A stretch of 44,549 nucleotides of DNA, from NCBI GenBank assembly GCA_009780485.1, contig WQZZ01000003.1, positions 1 through 44,549 of the forward strand, given 5' to 3'. This document shows, piece by piece, positions 18,056-28,336 of this stretch (the first letter of the stretch is position 1; each line of letters starts with the position of its first letter). The notes beneath the pieces were generated by a model. The model did no database searches. It saw only the letters and a list, made by a program, of their open reading frames with translations, and was not told where the DNA came from. The DNA is from Defluviitaleaceae bacterium. Lineage in GTDB: Bacteria; Bacillota; Clostridia; Lachnospirales; WRAX01. The position numbers and the translations under genes were made by a program.

Positions 18056-18664
18056 ATGTTAAAAATGATTGAAAAAAATCTTTTTGATGTAAAGTTGACG
18101 CTTGAACTCCCAAATTACTCCCTTTACGAGTTGGGATATATTTTAGTTGACCTAAACCAACTCTTTGTGTTTTGTGATTTGTTGGAAGAAGGGTATGTTG
18201 GTCTTGCTGTAGATAAATTTCACAATCAATATTTGTCCAGACGCTCAAAGTTGCTACAAGAGAAGGGTTCTAGATATGAAATAACAAGCATATCTAACGG
18301 AAGCATCATTATGCAGATTACAGGCTTAGGTTCTCTTGCTGTTATTGTTTTACGCTTGATTCTGGATTGTGTGAAAGAGTCTAATAAACTAAGAGGGGAA
18401 ATTATTAAATTTAATATTGAAGTTGATGAGGAAAAATACCATGAGTTGAAGCGCATTATTGATGAAGTTAAGGAATACGAAGCTGAGTTCAACATGGAAA
18501 TCCTCATAAGTATTCTTGTGTCGAAGGGCTTTTTGATTAGGGCGTATGACCACGACTTGTACAAAATAGAAGGGATATTCGAAAGATACGCAAAACGCAT
18601 TGAATCTGTAATGCATATTCCTAGGTACAAAAAGCGGTCGCATACCTCACAAAGAAGGGGGTAA
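18056..18664 (+). CDS. Hypothetical protein, AT-rich
   Basis: 202-aa ORF filling the gap between the T gene and mobB. No motif recognised. Confidence 0.6.
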   Translation: MLKMIEKNLFDVKLTLELPNYSLYELGYILVDLNQLFVFCDLLEEGYVGLAVDKFHNQYLSRRSKLLQEKGSRYEITSISNGSIIMQITGLGSLAVIVLRLILDCVKESNKLRGEIIKFNIEVDEEKYHELKRIIDEVKEYEAEFNMEILISILVSKGFLIRAYDHDLYKIEGIFERYAKRIESVMHIPRYKKRSHTSQRRG

Positions 18665-18668
18665 ACGC

Positions 18669-19463
18669 ATGAAAGTTTTAAGTATTTGTGGTATTTCGGG
18701 CAGTGGTAAGACAACAACAATTGAAGTAATTATTGCGGAGTTAGTTCGCCGTGGTTATCGGGTGGGGTCTGTGAAGGATATACATAACGAACAATTTGCC
18801 ATAGACCCAAGAGAGGACAGCAACACCAACCGCCACAAGCGGGCAGGTGCAACATTGGTTACAGCAAGGGGTTTTTACGAAACCGACATCTTATACCCTA
18901 GCCAGTTACCTATGGATAAGGTTCTGGACATTTATGAACGTGAAGGCTATGATTGGGTGGTTTTGGAAGGCGTGGACTGCATCAAAGTGCCAACCATAGT
19001 CACCGCCTATGGAACAACAGATTTGGAGCAAAAATGGTCTGACATGGCTTTTGCTCTGTCGGGTCGTTTGTCGATGGAGATGTCGGAATATAATGGCAAA
19101 CCCGCTATTGATGCAACTACAAACCCCCAGCAATTGGTGGATTTGATAGAGCTGAAAGTTTATGACCGTCTGCCGAATTTTCCAGATGAATGTTGTATGG
19201 TTTGTGGTTACAGTTGCAACGGATTGGCATCAGCCATAATCGCTGGCAAGGCACGTCGTGCGGATTGCGTTGCCGACAAGGGTATTGAACTACTGGTAAA
19301 TGGACGCAAAATTAAAATGGTGCCATTTGTGCAGGAGGTTTTGAGAAATGCTTTGGTTGGGGTGGTAAGTACACTTGATGGCTACGAAAAGGGGTGCGAT
19401 ATTGAAATTAAACTCACAGACCATTTATTTCAACAGCAAAAGAAATCAAGTCCGACTGATTGA
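18669..19463 (+). CDS. mobB: Molybdopterin-guanine dinucleotide biosynthesis protein B with C-terminal Fe-S-like domain
   Basis: GISGSGKTT, GYRVGSVK, VLEG. C-terminal CxxCGYSC...C. Confidence 0.85.
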   Translation: MKVLSICGISGSGKTTTIEVIIAELVRRGYRVGSVKDIHNEQFAIDPREDSNTNRHKRAGATLVTARGFYETDILYPSQLPMDKVLDIYEREGYDWVVLEGVDCIKVPTIVTAYGTTDLEQKWSDMAFALSGRLSMEMSEYNGKPAIDATTNPQQLVDLIELKVYDRLPNFPDECCMVCGYSCNGLASAIIAGKARRADCVADKGIELLVNGRKIKMVPFVQEVLRNALVGVVSTLDGYEKGCDIEIKLTDHLFQQQKKSSPTD

Positions 19464-20013
19464 TGGGCGGGTGGAGAAAGTCCACGCAACATCCGAAAAA
19501 GCTGACTTTGAAGCCAGTAGATTGACCCAGTTGTACAAGGCTGGACTTGATGTGCCAAAGGTAATTGATGTTGTTGAAAATGTGGTTATTATGGAGTATA
19601 TAAACGCCAAACCTTTACCTGATTTGATTGATGAATGGGAGCAAAACCCCGATGTTATTTCCCAGGAAAAGGCAGCGAAGGGCTTGGTTGAATGGCTGGA
19701 AGCCTTTTATAAAGCCGTTGACACAGGCGAAAGTCGAGGGGATATAAACGGCAGAAACTTTCTATTTGATGGGGAGAAAATATGGGGTGTAGACTTTGAG
19801 GAAGTCGCTCATGGCACGCCTTTGGAGGACATAGGGCAACTTCTTGCCTTCATCACCACCTATCACCCCGCCCACACCGACCTGAAAATCCGATTATCTC
19901 GCATAATTGCACAGTGGGCGGCGGAGATTTTCCGCATCGACCCTACCGAAATTAAGCGACAACAGGAATTGGCTGTTGAATTTTTACAAAGCCGTAGAAA
20001 GGGCATAAAATGA
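19402..20013 (+). CDS. Protein-kinase-like (APH/RIO/Kdo-type) phosphotransferase
   Basis: VPKV, MEYI, RGDINGRN, VDFE, EDIG motifs. Start uncertain (TTG after AAAGGGGTG). Confidence 0.7.
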   Translation: MKLNSQTIYFNSKRNQVRLIDGRVEKVHATSEKADFEASRLTQLYKAGLDVPKVIDVVENVVIMEYINAKPLPDLIDEWEQNPDVISQEKAAKGLVEWLEAFYKAVDTGESRGDINGRNFLFDGEKIWGVDFEEVAHGTPLEDIGQLLAFITTYHPAHTDLKIRLSRIIAQWAAEIFRIDPTEIKRQQELAVEFLQSRRKGIK

Positions 20014-20711
20014 AGGTTTTAGTTTTTGATTTGGGTGGCACGTTGATGGAGTATGAAGGTATGCCTAATTCTTGGACGGGTTATTATCAAGTAGGTTTTG
20101 AAGCTATAAACGACGATTTCGGATTAGGCTTGTCACAAGTCGACATACAAAAATCCTGCGAGATTTTGACGAGCAAGAACGCACGTGTGGTATATCGTGA
20201 AATTGAATATACACCCAATGAAATTTTTGCAAAAGTGACCGCTCATTGGCACAAAAAGATGGATTTGGACGACATAATAAATAGCTTTTTCAAAGGGCAT
20301 GAGCTGAAGCCCGTCATTTATAAGGATACCATTGACTATTTGTGCCACTTGAGAAGGAAAGGCATTAAAATTGCCGCACTGACTGACCTGCCCACCGCCA
20401 TGCCTGATGAAATTTTCAAAAAAGACATACCAGAAATTCTGTCTCATCTTGATTTGTATGTGTCGTCTTTAACCTGTGGTTTTCGCAAACCCAACAAAAA
20501 CGGGCTTTTGTATATATCTGAATATTTCGGTGTTGACGTTTGTGACCTTATTTTCATTGGTGATGAGGAAAAGGATATTAAAGCAGCGAAAAATGCCAGT
20601 TGTGTGTCAGTGTTGATTGATAGGAAAAATGACAAAAAAGATTATGGTCAAGATTTTACAGTAACTTCCTTGTCTGAATTAGAACAAATTTTGGAAGCTG
20701 GTGGTGAGTAA
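20010..20711 (+). CDS. HAD-superfamily hydrolase
   Basis: FDLGGTL, RKP, IGDEEKDI motifs. Confidence 0.88.
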   Translation: MKVLVFDLGGTLMEYEGMPNSWTGYYQVGFEAINDDFGLGLSQVDIQKSCEILTSKNARVVYREIEYTPNEIFAKVTAHWHKKMDLDDIINSFFKGHELKPVIYKDTIDYLCHLRRKGIKIAALTDLPTAMPDEIFKKDIPEILSHLDLYVSSLTCGFRKPNKNGLLYISEYFGVDVCDLIFIGDEEKDIKAAKNASCVSVLIDRKNDKKDYGQDFTVTSLSELEQILEAGGE

Positions 20712-21882
20712 AGTGCAATTCCCTGTAATTGTAGTGGGCGGCGGGGCGGCGGGCATGATGGCGGCTGCCACTGCTGGCAAGGGTGCATTGCTGTTGGAGA
20801 AGAATGACAGGCTAGGCATAAAACTTGGAATCACGGGCAATGGACGTTGTAATATAACCAACGACTGTGACGTTGAGCAATTAATTGAAAAAACTTTGCA
20901 CAACCCTTATTTTTTATATAGTGCCTTTTATACTTTACCACCAAGTGAAGTGATTACCCTATTTAATAGGCTTGGTGTTGTAACGAAAGTTGAGGCCGAC
21001 GGGCGGGTTTTCCCTGCTTCTGACAAATCAAGCGAAGTGATTTCTGTGTTGTCTCGCTACATAGAGCAACAAGGGGCGAAAGTTTGCCTTAATTCGGATG
21101 TTGTTGGCATTACAAAAGATGATGGTGTTTTTTGTGTCGAGTTGGCTGGTGGTGAGATTTTAAGGGCAAACAAGGTGATTTTAGCGACAGGCGGGTTAAG
21201 TTATCCTGCAACAGGCTCAACAGGGTCAGGGCTTAAATTTGCCAAGGCATTGGGGCATACAGTTGTTGATACTAGACCCACCCTAGCTCCCCTAGTTTGT
21301 GCTGAACCTTGGGTCTCTGACCTGATGGGCCTTTCTTTGTCCGATGTGGAGATGACAGCAAGTGATTTTTGCGGCACGGGTGACATAATATTCACCCACT
21401 TTGGTATTTCTGGACCACTGGCAATTACCGCAAGTGGATATATCAAAGGTGGCAAAATTACTATAAATATAGCACCTTGGATTAATGACCAAAGCGTTTT
21501 ATTGGAATTTAATAAGGCTCCAAATCGAGACATAAGGAATGTTTTAGGGGGGCTTTTGCCGAAAGCGATTGTTCCTGTTATTTTGCAGTTGGCGGGCATT
21601 TCTGCTGATAAAAAGGTAAATGGAATTACCAAAGAGGAGAGGGGGCGTCTGATTACCCAAATCTCAGGCTTGGCACTTACTGTCACAGGCAACCGTGGTT
21701 ACAAAGAGGCAGTCATAACATCAGGAGGTGTCTGTGTGGATGAAATTGACCCATCCACCATGGAATCCAAGATTGTGCAAGGATTATACTTTGCAGGAGA
21801 AATGATGGATGTCCATGCCGTCACAGGTGGCTACAACCTACAAATCGCCTTTAGCACAGGTTACTTAGCTGGTTTACCTTAA
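20701..21882 (+). CDS. HI0933/YhiN-family flavoprotein
   Basis: GGGAAG, ITGNGRCNITN, ATGG, FTHFGISGP, GGYNLQIAFSTG. Confidence 0.92.
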   Translation: MVSKVQFPVIVVGGGAAGMMAAATAGKGALLLEKNDRLGIKLGITGNGRCNITNDCDVEQLIEKTLHNPYFLYSAFYTLPPSEVITLFNRLGVVTKVEADGRVFPASDKSSEVISVLSRYIEQQGAKVCLNSDVVGITKDDGVFCVELAGGEILRANKVILATGGLSYPATGSTGSGLKFAKALGHTVVDTRPTLAPLVCAEPWVSDLMGLSLSDVEMTASDFCGTGDIIFTHFGISGPLAITASGYIKGGKITINIAPWINDQSVLLEFNKAPNRDIRNVLGGLLPKAIVPVILQLAGISADKKVNGITKEERGRLITQISGLALTVTGNRGYKEAVITSGGVCVDEIDPSTMESKIVQGLYFAGEMMDVHAVTGGYNLQIAFSTGYLAGLP

Positions 21883-22034
21883 AGAAGTGTAAGTTATTAT
21901 TACATCGAGGTCGTGAAGTAAGTTGTTAGTTTAATTTGCTCAGGACTATGCTATGATTATTGGAGTGAGCTTAAAGTCTTAGCTATTACTTTTAATATAA
22001 TCCAAAAGTTTAATTTTGCCATGAGGGAGATTCT

Positions 22035-22681
22035 GTGAAAGTATTGTGCATATCTGCATCAAACAATTTCAAAGAAGGCATAAACGAAACGTCTTCTTTT
22101 ATCATTTGCAAGCGCATAAAAAAAAGAAAACACCGCAGGCTGACTGCCATGTTCTCGAATTAAAGGACTATACACTTAATCCTTGTACCAACTGTGTGAA
22201 ATGTTTGAACAGTAGTCGCTGTGTGATTGATGATATGTTTAACGAAATTTATGAAAAGATACTTGACTGCGACGCTCTTTTTATTGTTTCGCCACACTAT
22301 GCACCAATCCCTGCCAAGCTGTGCATGATTATGGAAAAAATGGAATCCATTTGGTTCCACCCTTGGCTAAAAGACAACTCCTATCGACCAGAGATAGTAG
22401 GTATTCCAACAGGGGTTATTTCACACGGTGGAATAGGTAAAGAGGGTGGATTGAGAGAATATGAAAGAGTTGTCAATTACCCGATTGCAAACTGGCTGTT
22501 TACAATCCCTAAGTCACATGAAGACACACGCCAGCTAAAGTTAATAGAATTTGATGATGACTGGAAATACGGCATTAACGTGCCACCTGTGTTGGATTTT
22601 GAAGAATGGTCAAAGTTGCAAGCTTCTATATTTGGCAGTTATGTTGATAAAGTTATCCAGTCCTGCAATTCAACAATTTAG
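22035..22681 (+). pseudogene. Flavodoxin-like/NADPH-dependent FMN reductase family gene split by a frameshift in an A8 tract
   Basis: RBS + GTG 22035 gives MKVLCISASN... in one frame. The body (PCTNCVKC, SPHYAPIPA) lies in the -1 frame after A8 at 22118-22125. Confidence 0.7.
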
Positions 22682-22697
22682 TGAGTTTTTAATAGAT

Positions 22698-22738
22698 GAA
22701 GCAGATGCCTCCTTAACGAAGTATCTGCTTTCTTTATT
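22698..22738 (+). terminator. Rho-independent terminator
   Basis: GAAGCAGATGC/GTATCTGCTTTC stem with T-rich tail. Confidence 0.6.
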
Positions 22739-22824
22739 ATCCAACAACCGTTGTTGTTTACACCTTTTTTGACACGACCATTATATTGTTTTATAGATTA
22801 GTTGTCTGATAAAAAAGTGTATGA

Positions 22825-22864
22825 AAAAAGCTGAGGGTCTAACTATTTGCTTTATCCTCAGCTT
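22825..22864 (-). terminator. Terminator of the ecf operon
   Basis: AAGCTGAGG/CCTCAGCTT stem with T tract on the minus strand. Confidence 0.6.
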
Positions 22865-22930
22865 CGATTTATAGTATTTCATTTAGTTGCAGGAAAGTCT
22901 ACTATTACGAACTTCGGTTTTCGTCGGACA

Positions 22931-23749
22931 CTACCAAACACCATACAACCCTGCCACAAAATTCAGCACAAAAATCCCGCCTGTTAGTGTGGCCAGGCTG
23001 ACAAACGCACCGAGGTCACGCAACGCCATTTTCGTTTGCTTCATGCGGGTTCTTCCAATGTCACCACGGTAGCAACGAGATTCCATGGCAAGTGCCAATT
23101 CTTCGGCACGTCGAAAAGCGGAAATGAACAGGGGTACAAGTAGAGGTACAAGACTGCGTGCTTTTTTGACAATACCACCCGTGTCAAAATCCGCACCACG
23201 TGCCATTTGTGCCTTCATAATTTTGTCCATCTCCTCAATTAAGGTGGGGATGAAACGGAGGGCTATTGTCATCATCATGGCAATTTCGTGGGCTGGCACA
23301 CCAATTTTTTTCAGCGGCTTTAAGCCAAATTCAATAGCGTCGGTCAGCTGGATTGGGGTGGTTGTCAGCGTCAAAATGGACGAGCCTATGATTAGCATAA
23401 TAAGACGCAAGCCCATGCGACCAGCCGCCAGCAAGCCCTCCTGTGTAACCCTGATAAAACCAAGCTCGAACACCAAGGTTTCCCCTGGTGTGAAAAACAC
23501 GTTGAGGATTGCCGTAAACACAATGATAAACAGGATTGCCCGTAATCCACGGATTAAAAACCGTGGCGGCACTTTGGAAACCTTGATAATGGTTGCTAAA
23601 TACAACGCCGCCAAAGCATATCCTAAAAAGTTGTTGATGAAAAATATCACCACAATAAAAATCATGGTGCAAAGCAATTTCATCCTTGCATCCAGCCTGT
23701 GGATTATGGAATCCGCTGGGTAATATTGACCTATGGTGACTTTTAGCAT
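22931..23749 (-). CDS. ecfT: ECF transporter transmembrane component
   Basis: IGQYYP..SIIHRLDAR, ALRFIPT, AQMARG, AMESRCY. Confidence 0.95.
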   Translation of the reverse strand: MLKVTIGQYYPADSIIHRLDARMKLLCTMIFIVVIFFINNFLGYALAALYLATIIKVSKVPPRFLIRGLRAILFIIVFTAILNVFFTPGETLVFELGFIRVTQEGLLAAGRMGLRLIMLIIGSSILTLTTTPIQLTDAIEFGLKPLKKIGVPAHEIAMMMTIALRFIPTLIEEMDKIMKAQMARGADFDTGGIVKKARSLVPLLVPLFISAFRRAEELALAMESRCYRGDIGRTRMKQTKMALRDLGAFVSLATLTGGIFVLNFVAGLYGVW

Positions 23750-23761
23750 TTTTTCACCTCT

Positions 23762-24478
23762 CTAATGTCTAGAAATCGACAACAATTTTATCAAAAGTAT
23801 GATAAACCCAAAGAAGGCAACAATAGAATTAAACAAAAGCGGTATATTCGCAATAATGTCTAGAGTTAATTCAACTTCAGAATAAATAATCAGACTGATA
23901 ACGGTACTGGAAATCGACGATACTACAAACAACCAAAAAGGTATGTCATTACCTAAGCAAAGCCATGGGTATGCACGCCTATAAGAACTATGGTGTCGAA
24001 ATATCTCATGCTTGTACTTTTTCGGCTTATTTTGAGATACCAAAACCCTTCGCACTAGGTTCAAGTAATGTTTGGAAAACGCTCTTAATTTAGTTGTGAC
24101 ATCTTTTGTCTTTGGGTTGTCCATCTCCAATTTTGACGTCAATTCCATTGTAGCAACTTGCAATTTGCCATCCCCAAGTAATTCTTCTAAAATAGAATCG
24201 CTTGCAACTTTATTTAAGAGCTGATTACATATGCGTTTGATTTCGCTCCATTCTTGTTTCCTAAAATGTAACTCTTGCTTGTTACTATATCCCTTAAAAA
24301 GGTATGGCTCAATAAATCTTTTTAAGGGTGCGTGGATTTCATGGTAAATTTTGTTGGCTTGTTCAGGGGTAAACATCAACCTTTTTTCGGACAAGTTACT
24401 GATTATTTTCCAAAGTAATGCCCATATTGCTGAAATAGTAGCCACAATCACTGAAACCGTTAACCAGAAATCACTCAT
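23762..24478 (-). CDS. Hypothetical membrane protein inserted in the ecf operon
   Basis: N-terminal TM and two C-terminal TMs. AT-rich. Overlaps the ecfA2 stop. Confidence 0.65.
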   Translation of the reverse strand: MSDFWLTVSVIVATISAIWALLWKIISNLSEKRLMFTPEQANKIYHEIHAPLKRFIEPYLFKGYSNKQELHFRKQEWSEIKRICNQLLNKVASDSILEELLGDGKLQVATMELTSKLEMDNPKTKDVTTKLRAFSKHYLNLVRRVLVSQNKPKKYKHEIFRHHSSYRRAYPWLCLGNDIPFWLFVVSSISSTVISLIIYSEVELTLDIIANIPLLFNSIVAFFGFIILLIKLLSISRH

Positions 24479-25323
24479 CTGCAGATGCCCTTCGATATAG
24501 CGGTTACGGCTTCATCAACGGTGAAAATGTTGGGGGGTAAGGTGAAACCTTTAGACTGCAAATCCCGCATGATGTAAGCGGTTTGGGTGCTGGATAGACC
24601 AATGGCTTCCAGCTCATCAAATTTGGAGAAAATTTCAGCAGGTGTGCCTGTCAACACGATTTTACCACCATTTATCACCAAAATACGATTCACAAGGCGG
24701 GCGATGTCCTCCATGCTGTGGGACACCAAAATAACGGTAATACCAAGGGTTTCGTGCATTCGCTTTACTTGCCCCAAAATCTCATCACGCCCACGAGGGT
24801 CAAGTCCTGCAGCGGGTTCGTCCAATACCAAAATTTCGGGACGCATGGCAAGCACCCCCGCAATTGCCACACGGCGTTTTTGTCCGCCAGACAGCTCAAA
24901 GGGTGACTTTTCGTGAAGTTCAGGGGCGATGCCCACCATTTCCAACGAAGACTTAACACGCTCATCGACTTCCTCGTTTGACAGACCTGCGTTTTTCGGA
25001 CCAAAAGCCACGTCTTTGTATACCGTCATGTCAAAAAGCTGATGTTCTGGATATTGAAAAACCAAGCCGACCTTGGTGCGGATGGCTTTAAGTCTTGATT
25101 TATCGGCATTTATGTCCTCGCCGTCAATTATAATATTGCCCGACTGGGGCTTGATAAGGGCGTTAAGGTGCTGAACCAGCGTGGACTTGCCCGAGCCTGT
25201 ATGCCCGATAAGTCCCACAAAATCACCCTTTTCAATGGTCAAATTTATCTCATCCAACGCCTTTTTCTCGAAGGCAGAACCTTTGCCGTAGTAGTGGCAT
25301 AAATTTTTAATTTCTATTGACAT
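24475..25323 (-). CDS. ecfA2: ECF ATPase A2
   Basis: [29 protein letters not shown]. Confidence 0.95.
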   Translation of the reverse strand: MSIEIKNLCHYYGKGSAFEKKALDEINLTIEKGDFVGLIGHTGSGKSTLVQHLNALIKPQSGNIIIDGEDINADKSRLKAIRTKVGLVFQYPEHQLFDMTVYKDVAFGPKNAGLSNEEVDERVKSSLEMVGIAPELHEKSPFELSGGQKRRVAIAGVLAMRPEILVLDEPAAGLDPRGRDEILGQVKRMHETLGITVILVSHSMEDIARLVNRILVINGGKIVLTGTPAEIFSKFDELEAIGLSSTQTAYIMRDLQSKGFTLPPNIFTVDEAVTAISKGICR

Positions 25324-26173
25324 TCACTAACGCCTCCACCAATTGGTCGCCTGTTACAATACCCCTAGGCAAATCAACCCCACCAAGGCGTAATTTATGG
25401 GCAATTTCCGCCGCCTGTGGCACATCCAGCCCAATTTCTTTTAACTCGTCAATTTTGGTAAAGATTTCATTTGGAATACCTTCCATAACGACTTTCCCGT
25501 CGTTCATTACGATTATCCTGTCAGCCTGTGCCGCTTCATCCATGTAGTGGGTGATTAGGATTATTGTGATACCTTCGGCGTTTAGACGACGTGCAACCGC
25601 CATAACCTCTCGTCGTCCAATGGGGTCAAGCATGGCGGTGGATTCGTCCATAACAATAATATCAGGACGCATCGCCAAAATGCCAGCAATCGCAACCCGC
25701 TGCTTTTGCCCCCCCGACAAATGATGAGGAGGATTGCCCGCAAATGCCGTCATTCCTACGGCTTCCAATGCTTCATCTACCCGCTGGCGAATCTCGGCGG
25801 GCGGAATACCTAAATTCTCGGGTCCGAAAGCCACGTCTTCCTCAACAATTGTGGCTATTATCTGGTTGTCGGGATTTTGAAACACCATGCCCACAGATTG
25901 GCGTATTTCCCAAGTTTTTTCTTCCTCGGTCGTGGAAATGCCTTTCACCCACACCGTACCTTCTTTAGGTAAAAGTAAACCATTGATATGCTTAGCTAAA
26001 GTTGACTTACCAGAGCCGTTATGACCCAAAACCGCCACAAACTCCCCCTTGCTAATGGAGATGGACACGCCATCCAAAGCCACATTAGGGGGAGTTTCGT
26101 CAGTTTTGTCTTCCGTGTCAGATTGCACTGCATATTCAAACACAATTTCATCAGTTTTAACAACAATTTCCAT
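25307..26173 (-). CDS. ecfA1: ECF ATPase A1
   Basis: [32 protein letters not shown]. Confidence 0.95.
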   Translation of the reverse strand: MEIVVKTDEIVFEYAVQSDTEDKTDETPPNVALDGVSISISKGEFVAVLGHNGSGKSTLAKHINGLLLPKEGTVWVKGISTTEEEKTWEIRQSVGMVFQNPDNQIIATIVEEDVAFGPENLGIPPAEIRQRVDEALEAVGMTAFAGNPPHHLSGGQKQRVAIAGILAMRPDIIVMDESTAMLDPIGRREVMAVARRLNAEGITIILITHYMDEAAQADRIIVMNDGKVVMEGIPNEIFTKIDELKEIGLDVPQAAEIAHKLRLGGVDLPRGIVTGDQLVEALVNVNRN

Positions 26174-26186
26174 AAGAACTCCTATT

Positions 26187-26654
26187 TCATTTGTAGGTGA
26201 CTTCCCATGTGGTTTCCTCACCACTCCACTTGATAAAAACTTCGTTATATTTTCCAGTTTGATGAAATAGTGGCGAGGGAGCATAATGGGGTGAGGAGAA
26301 CTTATCCTTTGGGGCAGACAGCAATTTGTCTACATCCATCCAAAATTGCTCCCCCTCATCAGTTTCGGTGATAAGGTTACCATTAAAGTCCGTGGTTTTG
26401 TACATAAAGCACATATAACGATCGTCATCTTCACGGTTGACCCAGTGGACAATCCCACAAAATTCTAAATTCGCAACGTCTAGCCCAGTTTCTTCCTTAA
26501 CTTCTCGAATAGCACAATCATATATACTTTCGCCATGCTCCACATGACCGCCAGGAAAAGCCCATCCAGGGTATTTACGTTTGCGATTTTGTACCAATAC
26601 TTCTTTGGTTTGTGGGTTTTGTATCATTATGCAAGTTGTTAATTCTACACTCAC
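26187..26654 (-). CDS. NUDIX hydrolase (MutT/MutX-like)
   Basis: [25 protein letters not shown] Nudix box. Confidence 0.9.
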   Translation of the reverse strand: MSVELTTCIMIQNPQTKEVLVQNRKRKYPGWAFPGGHVEHGESIYDCAIREVKEETGLDVANLEFCGIVHWVNREDDDRYMCFMYKTTDFNGNLITETDEGEQFWMDVDKLLSAPKDKFSSPHYAPSPLFHQTGKYNEVFIKWSGEETTWEVTYK

Positions 26655-26657
26655 TGC

Positions 26658-27338
26658 TTACTCCCTCACCTCGAAATATTCCCTGCGAATTTCACCGCCA
26701 CCAGTAATGGTAATCGGCCAATTGCCTAGCGTTGTGGTTGACCCAATACGCCAAATCCAATAGGCATTACCATACTCGTCCGTCAACACATAACCGAGTC
26801 CTACAGCAGTGCTTGCTCCAGCCAAAAATTCCACACCCAAATGATAGTAGGTGAGGGGGCGACCTATAATTGACAGCGTTGCGTCTGTGCCACGCCCCAC
26901 TGTATAAGGAAAATCGACAACTTGGATGTGGGTGCTGGTGACATGTATTGTGCCATCATTAAAATTAACGTCCATACCCAACGCCTCTGTTACAAAACGC
27001 AAAGGTACAAGGGTTGCATAATTAATAATCATGGCTGGCACGTCCAACAAAACTTCGTTGCCGTTTACCAACGCAACATTGCTGTCAATATGCAAAACAA
27101 GGGCATTGTGCTTATGGATAATATCCACACGGCGGGCATCGCCACACCAATCAACTTCGCCACCCAAAATATCTTGGACAAACACACGAACAGGCACTAA
27201 AGTGCGTCCATCCCGCACCTCCATAGCGACTTGGATGGGTTGATTATCAAGTGTTACATTAAAATTAGCCATGGCGACAGTTGCTGGCACAAAAACCAGC
27301 ATAGCTACCAAAAATATTCCAAGAACCAGCTTTCTCAT
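26658..27338 (-). CDS. Secreted copper amine oxidase N-terminal domain protein
   Basis: Signal peptide. DGRTLVPVR and TLVPLRFVTEALG. Confidence 0.8.
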   Translation of the reverse strand: MRKLVLGIFLVAMLVFVPATVAMANFNVTLDNQPIQVAMEVRDGRTLVPVRVFVQDILGGEVDWCGDARRVDIIHKHNALVLHIDSNVALVNGNEVLLDVPAMIINYATLVPLRFVTEALGMDVNFNDGTIHVTSTHIQVVDFPYTVGRGTDATLSIIGRPLTYYHLGVEFLAGASTAVGLGYVLTDEYGNAYWIWRIGSTTTLGNWPITITGGGEIRREYFEVRE

Positions 27339-28336
27339 TAGTTACCCCAATCAATTTCAATATCACCAAAGTCAAGACCGCCAAATGGGTCTGGTTCATC
27401 GGTTACTGGTGCAAGGCTACGGAAAAGTCTTTCATTGCGACTTACATCTGCCATTTCAACCCAAAGGTCTGCATAGTTTCTAAAGTGTTGCTCACGCAAT
27501 TCAGGTAGCAAACGCTGTTCAATCCAAACTTCTTCTTCTGGTAGGTCATTTTCAAAATATTCCACACGGAAAAAGCCCCAAGTGCCAAATTGGAAAGGCA
27601 AAACCTCTGTAACATGACCGATTGTCATGCCACGTGCAAAATCAAGGTTATCCCATCCGATGTCTGTTAGGCGAGCATCCATTGCAGTGCCATCCTCATT
27701 GGTAAAGCTTTCAAGGACAAGTTCTTCCCAAAGGGCAATGGCTTCTTCTTCTGTATCGGCTTCTACGAAATGGATAAACGGAACAATGTAATTTTCCCAG
27801 TTTTCGTCAATGTACTCGTTAAATCTTTGGGAAGCTTCTTCTACATCCAAAACAAATTGGTCGCTTACATGGGCATGAACAAGTCTATACAGTACGATTT
27901 GTTCATTAAAACGCAAAAATTGGTTGCGACTAAAGCCCCATTGGCGTATTGCATCAACATCATACATTTCTAGATACATATCACGTAATAAATCGGCTTC
28001 TTCACGTGCTTCTTCCAAATCGGCAGCACTTAACGTAATTCCTAATTCTTCTGCTCTGGAAGAAACCACGTACAACTCTGTCAGACTATCAAATGTCATG
28101 TCAAAAAGTTCGTCAGGACTAAAGAACCAAATAATATCCCACATACTTCTCACAAGTTGGTCATGTTGAAAGAGCAACTCTGCACGTGAAATGCGATGAC
28201 CGTTCACTGTACCTGCGTGGTTCATGTGACGGTTATTGATTACGATTGCAGTGGTCAAAACGACCGCTAAAACAACAAAGCCTATGATGGCATTTTTGAT
28301 AAAGTTGTCACGTTTTCTTGGTTTTGGTTTAGACAT
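27338..28336 (-). CDS. Membrane-anchored SurA/PrsA-like foldase domain protein
   Basis: N-terminal TM, GTVNGHRISRAEL, AEELGITLS, degenerate parvulin-like region. Confidence 0.6.
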   Translation of the reverse strand: MSKPKPRKRDNFIKNAIIGFVVLAVVLTTAIVINNRHMNHAGTVNGHRISRAELLFQHDQLVRSMWDIIWFFSPDELFDMTFDSLTELYVVSSRAEELGITLSAADLEEAREEADLLRDMYLEMYDVDAIRQWGFSRNQFLRFNEQIVLYRLVHAHVSDQFVLDVEEASQRFNEYIDENWENYIVPFIHFVEADTEEEAIALWEELVLESFTNEDGTAMDARLTDIGWDNLDFARGMTIGHVTEVLPFQFGTWGFFRVEYFENDLPEEEVWIEQRLLPELREQHFRNYADLWVEMADVSRNERLFRSLAPVTDEPDPFGGLDFGDIEIDWGN

